In this document: positions 36,379-46,060 of the stretch, piece by piece
Position numbering within the stretch: position 1 is the first letter of the stretch
Layout: each line of letters begins with the position of its first letter
Assembly (NCBI GenBank): GCA_964482405.1
Contig: CAYZXH010000002.1
Coordinates: 1 to 61,085, forward strand
Source: an uncultured Desulfurococcaceae archaeon
Lineage (GTDB): Archaea; Thermoproteota; Thermoprotei_A; Sulfolobales; NBVN01
Length of the DNA: 61,085 nucleotides
Direction of reading: 5' to 3'
Notes under the pieces: model-generated
What the model saw: only the letters and a program-made list of their open reading frames with translations
What the model was told of the DNA's origin: nothing
Database searches by the model: none
Translations under genes and position numbers: made by a program

Positions 36379-37662
36379 TCACGATCTTATAATTCCTAGG
36401 ATCTTCGGGAGTATCTCCCATCCATGGCTTAAGACCCCGATAGAGCCTAGTTCATAACACGTTCTCTCTTCTAATCTTAAGGCTTTATCAGGTATTACCT
36501 CACCCCCCACTAATAGCAGGGGTACCGGATCGTCTGTGTGCGCCCTCACCGCGGGAGGTGTCGCGTGATCCGCTGTCACCAGAATAGCGATCTCCCTTAA
36601 GTCAATACTATCCAGTAATTCCTTGACGTAGAACTTATCTATATCCTCAATCGCTTTTATCTTACCTTTTAAATCGCCGTCATGACCTGGTTCATCAGGT
36701 CCTTTAAGGTGTACGTACACCACATCTACTTCCTTAAGTAACTTTAGCGTGGCGTCTAACCTTATAGAATAATCTGAAGCCTTGTCCTCGGTTGGGGGAG
36801 GCATCTCCACAGTACGCATACCTAAGATTTTAGCTATGCCGTTCTCTACCGGCATCTCAGTTATGGAGCCGAAGGAAGCGTTGAATAACTTGCTTATAGA
36901 TGGTAGTTTAGGGAGTCTTGAACCAGCATCCCTAACTAATATTACGTTCGCTTTCAGCAAGCCCTTACTCTCCCTCGCTTTATTGACCGGATGTTTATCT
37001 AGGATCTCGATAGACTTCCGCGTGAACTCATTAACTAACTCCGCGGTAACTTGAGCACTCTGCTCGGGACTTAACGGGGTTGATTTCTTCACGTATGGTT
37101 GGAAAACCTTCTCAGCTACCGATATCGTCCCTACCTTCCTGTATGCTGGGTCTGTATTATCTACCTCATCACTTAAAGACATCACTTCACTACCTATCAC
37201 CACGACAGCCCTGTGCCCTACCGTTGCCTTAACCTTAACGTAGCCCCCGTAAACACCTAACCTCAACCCATCTAAAGCTTCGGCCAACTCACGAGCTTCC
37301 TCAGTACTTAACGACCTACCAACTCTCCTATCAACAAGTCTCCCGCTACCAGGATCCACGGTCGCGAAGTTAGCTCTAAAAGCTACCTCACGCCCCTCAA
37401 CAAACGAGACCCCGGCCCCGACAGCCTCGATAGGTCCTCTACCAGTGTAGCTTACGTGCGGGTCGTAACCAAGAATACTCATCACCGCGGCATCAGACTC
37501 CGGAGCTACCCCTTTCCCGACAGTGTAGACCGCGCCGCAAGCACCTCCTCTCGTTAAGAGATCTAAGAACGGCTTCCTAGCCATACTTAACGAGGTTTCT
37601 TGATCCGAGAGCCTGTCAGCAACGCCGTCTAAAACTAAATAAACTAGTCTCATCGCCAGCAC
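36379..37662 (-). CDS. apgM: 2,3-bisphosphoglycerate-independent phosphoglycerate mutase, archaeal type
   Basis: 427 aa; LVLDGVAD N-terminus and the metalloenzyme pattern HLKGPDEPGHDG...TADHATP. Confidence 0.9.
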   Translation of the reverse strand: MLAMRLVYLVLDGVADRLSDQETSLSMARKPFLDLLTRGGACGAVYTVGKGVAPESDAAVMSILGYDPHVSYTGRGPIEAVGAGVSFVEGREVAFRANFATVDPGSGRLVDRRVGRSLSTEEARELAEALDGLRLGVYGGYVKVKATVGHRAVVVIGSEVMSLSDEVDNTDPAYRKVGTISVAEKVFQPYVKKSTPLSPEQSAQVTAELVNEFTRKSIEILDKHPVNKARESKGLLKANVILVRDAGSRLPKLPSISKLFNASFGSITEMPVENGIAKILGMRTVEMPPPTEDKASDYSIRLDATLKLLKEVDVVYVHLKGPDEPGHDGDLKGKIKAIEDIDKFYVKELLDSIDLREIAILVTADHATPPAVRAHTDDPVPLLLVGGEVIPDKALRLEERTCYELGSIGVLSHGWEILPKILGIIRS

Positions 37663-37717
37663 CGATCTCTTAACATTAAGGGAATAATAAGCTAACTCGA
37701 ATAACTTAAAAAATATT

Positions 37718-38473
37718 CTACTCCTTATAGTCGTCCGGCTTCTCCTGAAGTAACTTTCTCACGATATCTAACCTCTTAATACTCGCTTCCCTTCTTAAGT
37801 TCTCAGCCTTACTAGCTACTCGAGTTAACACCTCCTTTTCCTTCAGCACATCAAGTATGTTTGGCTCATACCATTTTCTCGGCGAGTTATTCTTAAGTAT
37901 TTTAGTTACCTCCACCACGATCTTACCTATGTTTGCTGAGTCCATTACTGCTTCCCTACTTTTCAAGACGTCATCAGTTCCTTGATAATACGCTAGGGCC
38001 CAAGGAGGTATTAAGTACCCGAATGAATTAAAAACGCTCATTAAGTAAGCTATAGTCATCGCAGCTCCAGCTTCAGCACCAACGGCTATGAATCCAGCTA
38101 CCTTACCCTCAACCCACGACTTACCGTCGATAAAGATCATGTTCTCGAATATGGTTAACTTATCTATCAAGTTTTTCAGATGTCCTGAAGGCCCGTACCA
38201 AAACACCGGGGTTGCTATTATGAGTGCATCGCTCTTCAGTATCTCCCTCAACACGGACCAGCTACCGTCATCGTTAATGCATGGAGGTCTGCAAGCAAGC
38301 TGTTCATCGCTTAAGCACCCCTCACAAGGCTTTATATCGTAGTCGTATAAGTGGATCAGTTTTGTCTCAGCCCCATACATCGAGGCAGTCTCGAGAGCTA
38401 CCTCTAGTAACTTATACGTATTCCCGTACTTCCTCGGTGACGCGTTAAGACCTAACACCCTAACCAATCCCAT
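37718..38473 (-). CDS. flavodoxin-fold NADPH-dependent FMN reductase / iron-sulfur flavoprotein-like
   Basis: 251 aa; LGLNASPRKYGNT N-terminus and a compact Cys cluster CEGC-x7-C-x3-C, as in Isf-type proteins. Confidence 0.7.
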   Translation of the reverse strand: MGLVRVLGLNASPRKYGNTYKLLEVALETASMYGAETKLIHLYDYDIKPCEGCLSDEQLACRPPCINDDGSWSVLREILKSDALIIATPVFWYGPSGHLKNLIDKLTIFENMIFIDGKSWVEGKVAGFIAVGAEAGAAMTIAYLMSVFNSFGYLIPPWALAYYQGTDDVLKSREAVMDSANIGKIVVEVTKILKNNSPRKWYEPNILDVLKEKEVLTRVASKAENLRREASIKRLDIVRKLLQEKPDDYKE

Positions 38474-38528
38474 CCACCATCCCCGAAGAAAATATATAAC
38501 GTGTTCAGGGGGTAATTAAAATTAAGAA

Positions 38529-38571
38529 TTACAACCGAAAGCCTCGCCCTTCAGGGCGGGGAGGAGGTCAG
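38529..38571 (+). repeat. GC hairpin plus GGAGGAGGTCAG repeat, copy 2 (extended)
   Basis: ttacaaccgaaagcctcgcccttcagggcggggaggaggtcag. The last 26 nt are identical to copy 1. The 5-prime arm ttacaac[c/t]gaaagcctc is shared with copy 4. Confidence 0.85.
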
Positions 38572-38636
38572 AAGGATCGAGACATCTCCTGAAGTAATGT
38601 CTTAAATTAGTTAGGGTAAGAAATAGTCTTGATACG

Positions 38637-39998
38637 CTAGTAAAAGCTACGTATTTCTCTTCCTGAGAATATGCTCCTAGCGATTTCTCTTACCTCATTT
38701 GAGTACTGCATGTATTTATCTCTCACGTAGATTCGGAGAAACGCTAGCTCTGCAGGCATGGAGCCTGCTATGGTTTCCCTCACGGGTTTCGCCTCTACCT
38801 CACCGTCCTCGTTTTCTATATAGATCACGGCTTCCTCGAACATGGGGTTGGTCGGTAATTTAGGTGTGTCCACGAAGATTACGTTACCTTCATCAACTAT
38901 TTCCGAGTGCAGACTCCTCAGCTTTTCTTCAAGGCTCCTCTTAATAGCTTCCTTACTTATTGTTAAGAACCCCTTCAAAGTCTGGTCGACTGGCAAGACC
39001 GCCTGGTAGACGTTTTTGTAGGGTACCCTCCTATTGAGTAAGTATCTGCTTTCCTCTAATTGCCTGACCTCTGGGTGAGATAATACGTACTCATCATCTA
39101 GCTCAACATACTTAGTCACGTCATCGAATCTCTCGCCGTAATTCAGTACTTTATCTGCTTTGAGCAGCATCTCACCAGCTATTTTATCAAACGCCCGCAC
39201 GGTCTTATGATAGTATATGGTCTTAAACATGAAGATTCTGGCTATGAGTAAGTGGTCTAGAACGTCCTTAGCTTTATATTCTAGCACGATCCTGTCCTTA
39301 ATAGGTTTTGAGTGAAATGCTAGCCTCTCCCAGTCAAGTCCGAAGCCATAGTTAGCGCCAGTGAAGTATGAGTCCCTGAGCAGGTAGTCTACTATGTCAG
39401 CACTGTAAGCCCCCTTAATTATGTAATATAGGGTTTTCTCACTGACTCCATCAGCTATGTTTGAAGTAAGCGGCCACGTCTCCAGGGAAACAGCCTCTAT
39501 TAGCTTAGCCATGACCTCAGCTGAGATGCCTAACTCCCTCTCTATGTAGTTATCGAAGCACCGAGTTATTTCTGGGTGCTCCCTGATTATCCTACTCCCT
39601 AAAACCTCGTGATTTATCTCGTAATTTACGAGAACGTGGTCTTCGAAGGTGTGCGAGAATGGTCCGTGACCTAAGTCGTGAAGCAAACCTATAAGCCTTG
39701 CTATGAGTTTAAGCCTGTTAAGTTCTTCTGACCTAAGCTTAAGTCTTGAGTATGCGTACTCAGCGAACACTCCCGCAACATGCATGGAGCCTAGAGAATG
39801 CGAGAACCTGTTATGGACCGCGCCAGGGTAAACCAAGTGGGAAGTCCCTAACTGCTTAAGCCTCCTCAATCTTTGCATAGGCGATGACGAAACCAAGCAT
39901 ATCTCATGCTTTACTAGCCTCAGGTAACCGTGTATGGGATCCTTAATCTGGACTAGCTCCTTATCCAGATACCACACCCGGATAATATTCTGTGACAC
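38637..39998 (-). CDS. HD-domain phosphohydrolase (COG1078, dNTPase/SAMHD1-like), paralog 2
   Basis: 453 aa; IHGYL..QRLRRLKQL..PGAVHNRFSHSLG and LLHDLGHGPFSH. Confidence 0.85.
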   Translation of the reverse strand: MSQNIIRVWYLDKELVQIKDPIHGYLRLVKHEICLVSSSPMQRLRRLKQLGTSHLVYPGAVHNRFSHSLGSMHVAGVFAEYAYSRLKLRSEELNRLKLIARLIGLLHDLGHGPFSHTFEDHVLVNYEINHEVLGSRIIREHPEITRCFDNYIERELGISAEVMAKLIEAVSLETWPLTSNIADGVSEKTLYYIIKGAYSADIVDYLLRDSYFTGANYGFGLDWERLAFHSKPIKDRIVLEYKAKDVLDHLLIARIFMFKTIYYHKTVRAFDKIAGEMLLKADKVLNYGERFDDVTKYVELDDEYVLSHPEVRQLEESRYLLNRRVPYKNVYQAVLPVDQTLKGFLTISKEAIKRSLEEKLRSLHSEIVDEGNVIFVDTPKLPTNPMFEEAVIYIENEDGEVEAKPVRETIAGSMPAELAFLRIYVRDKYMQYSNEVREIARSIFSGREIRSFY

Positions 39999-40115
39999 AG
40001 AATAAATGCTTTATCTTAAGGACGTATCCCAAGTTAAGAAAATTAATTGAGTTAATAAAACTATTACGAGATTTTCTTTAAAAGGTACTCCCAGAATTCT
40101 TAGTAGTGATGAGGG

Positions 40116-41108
40116 TTGGTTGGTAGCATAGTGGTGACTCACGGAGACTGCGACGGGATAATCTCCGCTTACCTCTACATAAAACACTTCATGAAAGACA
40201 TGTGGCCATCCAACATCTCAGTCATATTTACCCAGCCCTGGAGAGCTAACCTAGACTTCATGAGAGAGCATCGTGAAGGTGCTGACGAGATAGTTTTCTT
40301 AGACATAGCGCTTAGTAACGAGTTAGTTAATGAAATAATTAAGGTCGGGAGTAACTTAAGGAAGATTACGATCGTAGACCATCACGTGAGCTCGCTAGAG
40401 TTCATCAAGCGAGTTGATAGCATGCTCAAGAATGTGAAGATTGTGTGTGAGAAAGCTCAGTCATGCCCTAGGTTAATGATTAACTCGCTCAAAATCTCAC
40501 CGAATCCTTACGAGAGGTTGTTAGTTGACGTGGCGGATGTCTGTGAAGGCGGTGAATCCTCATCAGCTGAGGTGATTAAGTTGGCTGACGTCATAAAATT
40601 ATCTATTGCTAGAGACCCGGGAGACTACGACTTCATGAATTACCTTCTTGCTCTCCTTATGAAGGGTAAGGACATAGAATCCGACGACGTAGTTAGGAGG
40701 AGGTATAAGACAGCTAAATTCATCTTAAGTCGTTTACTTAAGGTAATGAGTGAGAACGCGATATCCTACAGAAACCTAGTGAAGATTTCCACACTCTCAC
40801 TCCCTGAGTCCAGGATCTTCGCCGGCTTACTAGGTGTTGGAACCACGGAACTAGCTAGGATGTACAGATCCAACATCATCTTAGTAAGGGGTGAGGAGGA
40901 TAAGGTAGTAGTCACTGTAAGAACATTAGATGACAAGGCACTTAAGCTATGTGGGAGTATCGCTAAGCTAGGTAGGGGGAGGTTCGGGGGTCACGCGGAA
41001 GCTGCTTCAGCCACACTACCTGAGTTAAACCTTCAGGAAGTCACAGACTTAATTGTTGGTGTTGTTAGTGGGGGAGAAGATACATTACAGAGGAAGCGTA
41101 AAACTTGA
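40116..41108 (+). CDS. DHH/DHHA1 family phosphoesterase (RecJ/NrnA-like)
   Basis: 330 aa; motifs THGDCDGIIS, FLDIA and IVDHH, plus DHHA1-like GGHAEAASA. Confidence 0.8.
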   Translation: MVGSIVVTHGDCDGIISAYLYIKHFMKDMWPSNISVIFTQPWRANLDFMREHREGADEIVFLDIALSNELVNEIIKVGSNLRKITIVDHHVSSLEFIKRVDSMLKNVKIVCEKAQSCPRLMINSLKISPNPYERLLVDVADVCEGGESSSAEVIKLADVIKLSIARDPGDYDFMNYLLALLMKGKDIESDDVVRRRYKTAKFILSRLLKVMSENAISYRNLVKISTLSLPESRIFAGLLGVGTTELARMYRSNIILVRGEEDKVVVTVRTLDDKALKLCGSIAKLGRGRFGGHAEAASATLPELNLQEVTDLIVGVVSGGEDTLQRKRKT

Positions 41109-41805
41109 GGAACTATACCAGTTAGTAAGGAAATGGTTTAAGCATGCGACGATATTAGTTGTAGGAGAGTGTGAGGTAGATTATACTGGGAGAGCGTCTT
41201 CAAAAGCTAGTGGTTCATGGAGACTCATAATAATTAAGGAGGACGGAACAGTATTAGTTCATGAGTCTGTAGGGAGGGAGCCTATTAACTGGCAACCCAA
41301 CTCACACGTCACCACACAACTTGAGGGTGGCACACTAATTCTTAGAGCTGTGAGATCAAGACCTCGTGAGGAGCTCATAATTAGGTTAAGAGGGGATTGC
41401 GAGGTACTCATAGCTAAGTTAGGGTCGGGCAAGTTCGTTATTTCAGGAACTGAGAAAGACATAATTGAGTTCCTAGCAAACAACCCGAGAATAATTGATG
41501 AAAACGCTGAGCTGGTTTCCAAGGAGGTATCAACCCCTCACGGCCGCATAGATCTAGTTCTTCGCGGGAAGGATAACACGCTGATATTAGTTGAAGTTAA
41601 GAGAGACTTAGCTGATGTGGAAGCGGTTTTCCAGCTGAGGAGATATGTGGAGTACTACGCAAGACTAGGTATGAGTAACGTTAGGGGAGTTATAGTAGCG
41701 CAGTCCTTAACGCCGGCAGCACGGAAATTACTAGGGGATTTCGGCTTAGATTATAGATGCATTAAGGTAAGTAGGGGTAACGTGTATGAGAAAGAAGTAT
41801 GTTGA
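41053..41805 (+). CDS. nucS: endonuclease NucS/EndoMS
   Basis: N-terminal GECEVDYTGRASS...VHES...NWQP and C-terminal RecB-like GRIDLVLRGKDNTLILVEVKR. In-frame starts exist only at 41053-41068, so it overlaps the DHH gene by 41-56 nt. Confidence 0.85.
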   Translation: MLVLLVGEKIHYRGSVKLEELYQLVRKWFKHATILVVGECEVDYTGRASSKASGSWRLIIIKEDGTVLVHESVGREPINWQPNSHVTTQLEGGTLILRAVRSRPREELIIRLRGDCEVLIAKLGSGKFVISGTEKDIIEFLANNPRIIDENAELVSKEVSTPHGRIDLVLRGKDNTLILVEVKRDLADVEAVFQLRRYVEYYARLGMSNVRGVIVAQSLTPAARKLLGDFGLDYRCIKVSRGNVYEKEVC

Positions 41806-42523
41806 CTCACACATACACCTTAACGAGTACCCAGAAGAGAGGATATCTAGTCTGTGCAGTAGAGATGATATGGATTTAATCGCTGTTTCTGAAGATTTAC
41901 ACTCATCACTAACTAACATATTAATTGAAAAGAAATGCTCTAACGTGAGAGCTGCTGTAGGAATCCACCCGTGGAACGTTGGTAAGGTGTCCGCAGACGA
42001 TCTTGCTAAAGTTTTGGAATTGATAGATAACGTAAGCTTCATAGGTGAGGTAGGACTGGACAAGAAGTTCACGCCCGAAACCTTCGATTTACAACTAAAG
42101 ATATTCAGTGAGTTTGTTACTCAAGCATTGAGTGGTGGGAAAGTACTGCTTCTCCACGCTGCCGGTGCTTGGAGAGAAGTGCTTGAAATACTGTCTAGAA
42201 GCGCTGTCGAGACCGCAGTGATTCACTGGTATACGGGCCCACTAGAATACCTTAAAAACATTAAGGAGTTAGGGTACTTCATAGGTGTGAACGTAGCCTT
42301 GTTAAGGCAGCCTAAGATGAGGGAAGTGGTTAAGCAAGCACCACTGGACATCATATTAACGGAATCTGACGGCCCCTACGAGTATAGGGGGCTTAGACTA
42401 GAACCTGAGCTAATACCTGAATTAATGCGTGAGATTGCCGTGATAAAGGGGGTGGGGTTTGAGGAGGTTGTAACAGCAGTTTATAATAATTACTTAAACC
42501 TAGTAGGTAGGATATCAAAGTGA
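41786..42523 (+). CDS. TatD-family metal-dependent nuclease/hydrolase
   Basis: 245 aa; VDSHIHL N-terminus, GEVGLD and TESDGP motifs; overlaps nucS by 20 nt. Confidence 0.85.
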   Translation: MRKKYVDSHIHLNEYPEERISSLCSRDDMDLIAVSEDLHSSLTNILIEKKCSNVRAAVGIHPWNVGKVSADDLAKVLELIDNVSFIGEVGLDKKFTPETFDLQLKIFSEFVTQALSGGKVLLLHAAGAWREVLEILSRSAVETAVIHWYTGPLEYLKNIKELGYFIGVNVALLRQPKMREVVKQAPLDIILTESDGPYEYRGLRLEPELIPELMREIAVIKGVGFEEVVTAVYNNYLNLVGRISK

Positions 42524-42526
42524 TCT

Positions 42527-43465
42527 GTGGTGTGGGAGTTGAGCGAGGTCAAGGTAGGCGTTGTGGGAGTCGGTGTTTGGGGAAAGAATATTGTGAGGGT
42601 TCTTAAAGAACTGGAGGAGGAAGGTCTGGTTAACGTGGTTGGGGTGGCTGACACAGACGTAGGTAAGGCTTTGGAGGTCGCTAACGCGTTTAAGGTCGGC
42701 GCTCACGTCAGAACAGTTAAAGAGCTTGCCGAGCTAGGTGCAGAGGCAGTAGTTATATCGGTTCCCATTAACGAATTATTTCAGGTAGCTAAGGAGGCTC
42801 TAAACCTAGGTTTACACACCTTCATAGAGAAACCTGTCTCAACAAAACCTGAGGAAGTCGCTGAATTAATCAAGGTGGCTGAGTCCTCCTCTCTTGTGGT
42901 GCAACCGGGCTTCATAGTCAGATATGACCCGGTAATTAAGGCCTTGAAAAACGCTCTTAAAGATAAGATCAAGTACTTAGTTTTTAAGAGGTTGTCTGCT
43001 AGACCATCGCATAGGAGGAAGTTCTCGGTGGTTCTGGACTTAATGATTCACGACGTGGATCTAGCGCTTAATCTCATTAATCCACATGAGATTAAATTAA
43101 TGAGCGTTGCGGGGTTTAAGGTAGAGAATAACGTGCCTCAGGAGGTCCACGCGTCACTACTATTAGATGATGTTGTGACCTACTTAATAACTGACGGTGT
43201 TCTACCAGTGAAGGTTCGTAGTATTGAGGTCGTCACCGAGAGTACGTATTGTGAGGCTTCATTTACGGACTCTACCCTCAACTTCAGGGGGGCTGACCGT
43301 AGTTACGTGCAGAAGGTTGAGGGAGAGGAACCTCTTAAGGCCGAGTTGAGGGATTTCATAAGATCTGTAAGTGGTAGTAAGCCTTCCGACGCTCCAACCC
43401 TTCACGACGCGCTCAGAGTGCTTGAAGTAGTTAAGCTGATCGAGCAGGAATTAAGTCGGGTTTAA
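42527..43465 (+). CDS. Gfo/Idh/MocA-family NAD(P)-dependent oxidoreductase
   Basis: 312 aa; Rossmann N-terminus VGVVGVGVWGKN and the EKP motif (FIEKPVS). Confidence 0.8.
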   Translation: MVWELSEVKVGVVGVGVWGKNIVRVLKELEEEGLVNVVGVADTDVGKALEVANAFKVGAHVRTVKELAELGAEAVVISVPINELFQVAKEALNLGLHTFIEKPVSTKPEEVAELIKVAESSSLVVQPGFIVRYDPVIKALKNALKDKIKYLVFKRLSARPSHRRKFSVVLDLMIHDVDLALNLINPHEIKLMSVAGFKVENNVPQEVHASLLLDDVVTYLITDGVLPVKVRSIEVVTESTYCEASFTDSTLNFRGADRSYVQKVEGEEPLKAELRDFIRSVSGSKPSDAPTLHDALRVLEVVKLIEQELSRV

Positions 43466-43487
43466 CGTAAAACGTGGTTTGAGTTCT

Positions 43488-44825
43488 TTATAGAGTTTCT
43501 AGGAACTCATCTATTAATTCTTTTATTGAAGGACCTTCCAGTATCTTGAGTTCCCAAGTCGTCTTCACTACAGGCTTATCTATCTTAATCAGTTTAGTGA
43601 TATCCGCTGGAGTTCCTAGTACGACTACGTCTGCAGGTGTTCTGTTTATGGTTTCTTCTAGGTCTCTTAGCTGGTCAGGCGTGTACCCTGTGGACGGTAG
43701 GACTTCCTTCATGTGTGGGTATTCCTCATATAGCTTCTTGAGAATCCCTACGGCGTAGGGCCTTGGATCAATTATTTCTGAAGCACCGTACTTCTTAGCT
43801 GCTACGTATCCTGCGCCATAAGGCACTCCCCCGTGGGTGACTGTGGGCGAGTCCTCTATTACTAAAACTCTCTTACCTCTCAGTAGGTCAGGCTCTGATA
43901 GTACTACCTCCATGTCAGCTAAGCATATCTTAGCGCGTGGATTAACTTTCTTGACGTTATTGAGGACTGTCTTCACGGACTCAGCAGAAGCTTGACTAAC
44001 TTTATTGATTACCACCGCGTTAGCCATCCTCACATTCACTTCGCCAGGGTATGACCCAACTTCCTGCCCCGGCCTCATGGCATCAGCTACCGTTATCATG
44101 TAGTTAAACCTGTAGAACGGGAAGTCATTGTTCCCGCCGTCCCATAATATCACGTCACCCATGCTCTCAGCGGTCGTGAGTACCCTACCATAATCTACCC
44201 CAGCAAGTACCGGGAGCCCCAGTCTCAAGTATTGCTCGTACTCCTCTCTCTCCTCCACAGTCACTTTCCACTTAATCAAGTCGTCATAACTTCTAAATAC
44301 CTGCACCACCATCTCTCTTAAGTCGCCGTAAGCCATGGGGTGCCTGACTGGAACGGGCTTAATACCCCTACTCAGCAACTCTCTAACAACCGCTCTAGAT
44401 ACTGTTGACTTTCCGGCACCAGTCCTCACAGCAGTGACAGCTATCACAGGCTTGTGAGAAGCCAGCATGGTTTCTCTAGGGGAGAGTAGCCTGAAGCTAG
44501 CACCGCTAGATAACGCTATGGAAGCTATTCTTCCAACATCCTCGTACCTTAAGTCGCTGTAAGACAGGACGACCTCGTCTACATGGAACTCCCTGATTAT
44601 CTCGCTCAACTTACTTTCCGGGACTATGGGTATCCCGTCAGGGTAGAGTGACCCAGCTAATTCAGCAGGGTATCTCCTCCTCTCCACACCCGGTATCTGA
44701 GCTGCCGTGAAAGCTACTACCTCGTAGTCAGGGTTATCCCTGTAGACTACGTTGAAGTTATGGAAATCCCTTCCTCCCGCACCAACTATAACTACTCTTG
44801 TCCTCCTAACCAAAACAAACACCAA
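43488..44825 (-). CDS. P-loop GTPase-like protein of the COG2403 family
   Basis: 445 aa; IVGAGGRDFHNFNVVYRDNPDYEVVAFTAAQIPG N-terminus and the Walker A motif AVRTGAGKST. Confidence 0.65.
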   Translation of the reverse strand: MVFVLVRRTRVVIVGAGGRDFHNFNVVYRDNPDYEVVAFTAAQIPGVERRRYPAELAGSLYPDGIPIVPESKLSEIIREFHVDEVVLSYSDLRYEDVGRIASIALSSGASFRLLSPRETMLASHKPVIAVTAVRTGAGKSTVSRAVVRELLSRGIKPVPVRHPMAYGDLREMVVQVFRSYDDLIKWKVTVEEREEYEQYLRLGLPVLAGVDYGRVLTTAESMGDVILWDGGNNDFPFYRFNYMITVADAMRPGQEVGSYPGEVNVRMANAVVINKVSQASAESVKTVLNNVKKVNPRAKICLADMEVVLSEPDLLRGKRVLVIEDSPTVTHGGVPYGAGYVAAKKYGASEIIDPRPYAVGILKKLYEEYPHMKEVLPSTGYTPDQLRDLEETINRTPADVVVLGTPADITKLIKIDKPVVKTTWELKILEGPSIKELIDEFLETL

Positions 44826-44959
44826 GATTTAAAGTGTTTAACTCTTAAAAATTTTTCGTTTTTTATAGCAAATATTTTATGTGGGAGACATGGCACTAGG
44901 AAGGGTTATTGATTACGATAATTTAATAAGCTTCCCGCAATCTTAAGTAGGGTTCGTCC

Positions 44960-46060
44960 GTGAGGTTAGGTAAACTCGGTAAAATAATTGATGAGCTTAA
45001 TTTAGACGCGGTCTTGGTGACGTATGAGTGGAACGTGCTCTACTATGTTGGTGTGCCGAGATCTGGGGGTACCTTCATACTGTATGAGAAGGGCGGGACC
45101 CCTAAGATCCTTACCCCAGCTCTAGATTTCTGGAGGTTGTCAGATGAGGTTGGTGAGCGCGTTGAGGTACTCCCGTACACAACGTACGAGCTGCCCGGGT
45201 TTCCTAAATTAATTAAAGGAAAGCTTTCTGAGTGGATTTCCAGGTATCTAAGTGATTCCGGGTATGGTAGGGTAGGGCTTGACTTAAGTCACGCTACACC
45301 GCTAGCTAGAGAGGTTGGTGAGAGACTAAAGAATCACGCAGTTGTTGAGGATATAAGCCCACACATATCCACACAGAGATCCCTCAAAGAACCTGAGGAG
45401 ATAGAGTTGATTAGGCAAGCTTTAAAGATCTCAGAAGACAGCTTCATCAAATTACTTGAGGAGGGAGTGGTAGGATTAAGTGAAAGGGAAGTTGCTGCTA
45501 AGCTGGACAGTCATATGAGGTTAGGAGGTGCTGACGGGACGGCTTTCGAAACAATAGTGGCTTCAGGGTCTAACTCAGCTTACCCACACGCTTACCCAAC
45601 CAGTAGGAAGATTGGTTTAGGCGATATAGTGGTCTTTGATTTCGGCGCTAAGTTCATGAGTTACTGCTCAGACATTACCAGGACTCTAGTCTTGGGCGCT
45701 GACGAGGAAGCCAAGAAAGCTCTGGAAGCAGTGAGTGAGGCGGTGAGTACTGCCACAGACATGATCAGGGATGGGGTTAAGTCTAGCGAGCCGGACTCCG
45801 TAGCTAGAGGGGTTCTCAGGAGATATGGACTAGAGAACTACTTCATACACTCGTTAGGTCACGGGGTAGGGCTTGAAGTGCATGAGAAGCCTAGGCTTGC
45901 TCAGGGAATAGATGAGACTCTAGTTGAGGGTATGGTAGTAACTGTTGAGCCGGGTGTCTACATACACAACAAGTTTGGTATAAGACTGGAAAACCTTGTT
46001 GTTGTGAGGAAAAACAAAGCAGAGACTTTAAATAAGTTGCCCCTCATCACTTCTGCTTAG
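44960..46060 (+). CDS. M24 family Xaa-Pro (amino/di)peptidase
   Basis: 366 aa; metal-ligand motifs DFGAKF..YCSDITRT, HSLGHGVGLEVHE and EPGVY; GTG start. Confidence 0.9.
   Translation: MRLGKLGKIIDELNLDAVLVTYEWNVLYYVGVPRSGGTFILYEKGGTPKILTPALDFWRLSDEVGERVEVLPYTTYELPGFPKLIKGKLSEWISRYLSDSGYGRVGLDLSHATPLAREVGERLKNHAVVEDISPHISTQRSLKEPEEIELIRQALKISEDSFIKLLEEGVVGLSEREVAAKLDSHMRLGGADGTAFETIVASGSNSAYPHAYPTSRKIGLGDIVVFDFGAKFMSYCSDITRTLVLGADEEAKKALEAVSEAVSTATDMIRDGVKSSEPDSVARGVLRRYGLENYFIHSLGHGVGLEVHEKPRLAQGIDETLVEGMVVTVEPGVYIHNKFGIRLENLVVVRKNKAETLNKLPLITSA

Noticed and set aside
26550-38571. The 12-kb block bracketed by identical direct 26-nt repeats and containing a tyrosine recombinase (xerA) could be an integrated or excisable element.
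   Set aside because: The block consists of core housekeeping genes (pgk, gap, apgM, rimI-like, PhoU-like, HD hydrolase). The recombinase has the features of chromosomal XerA. There are no viral, plasmid or conjugation genes and no tRNA-derived att site. The repeats are better explained as members of a dispersed repeat family.
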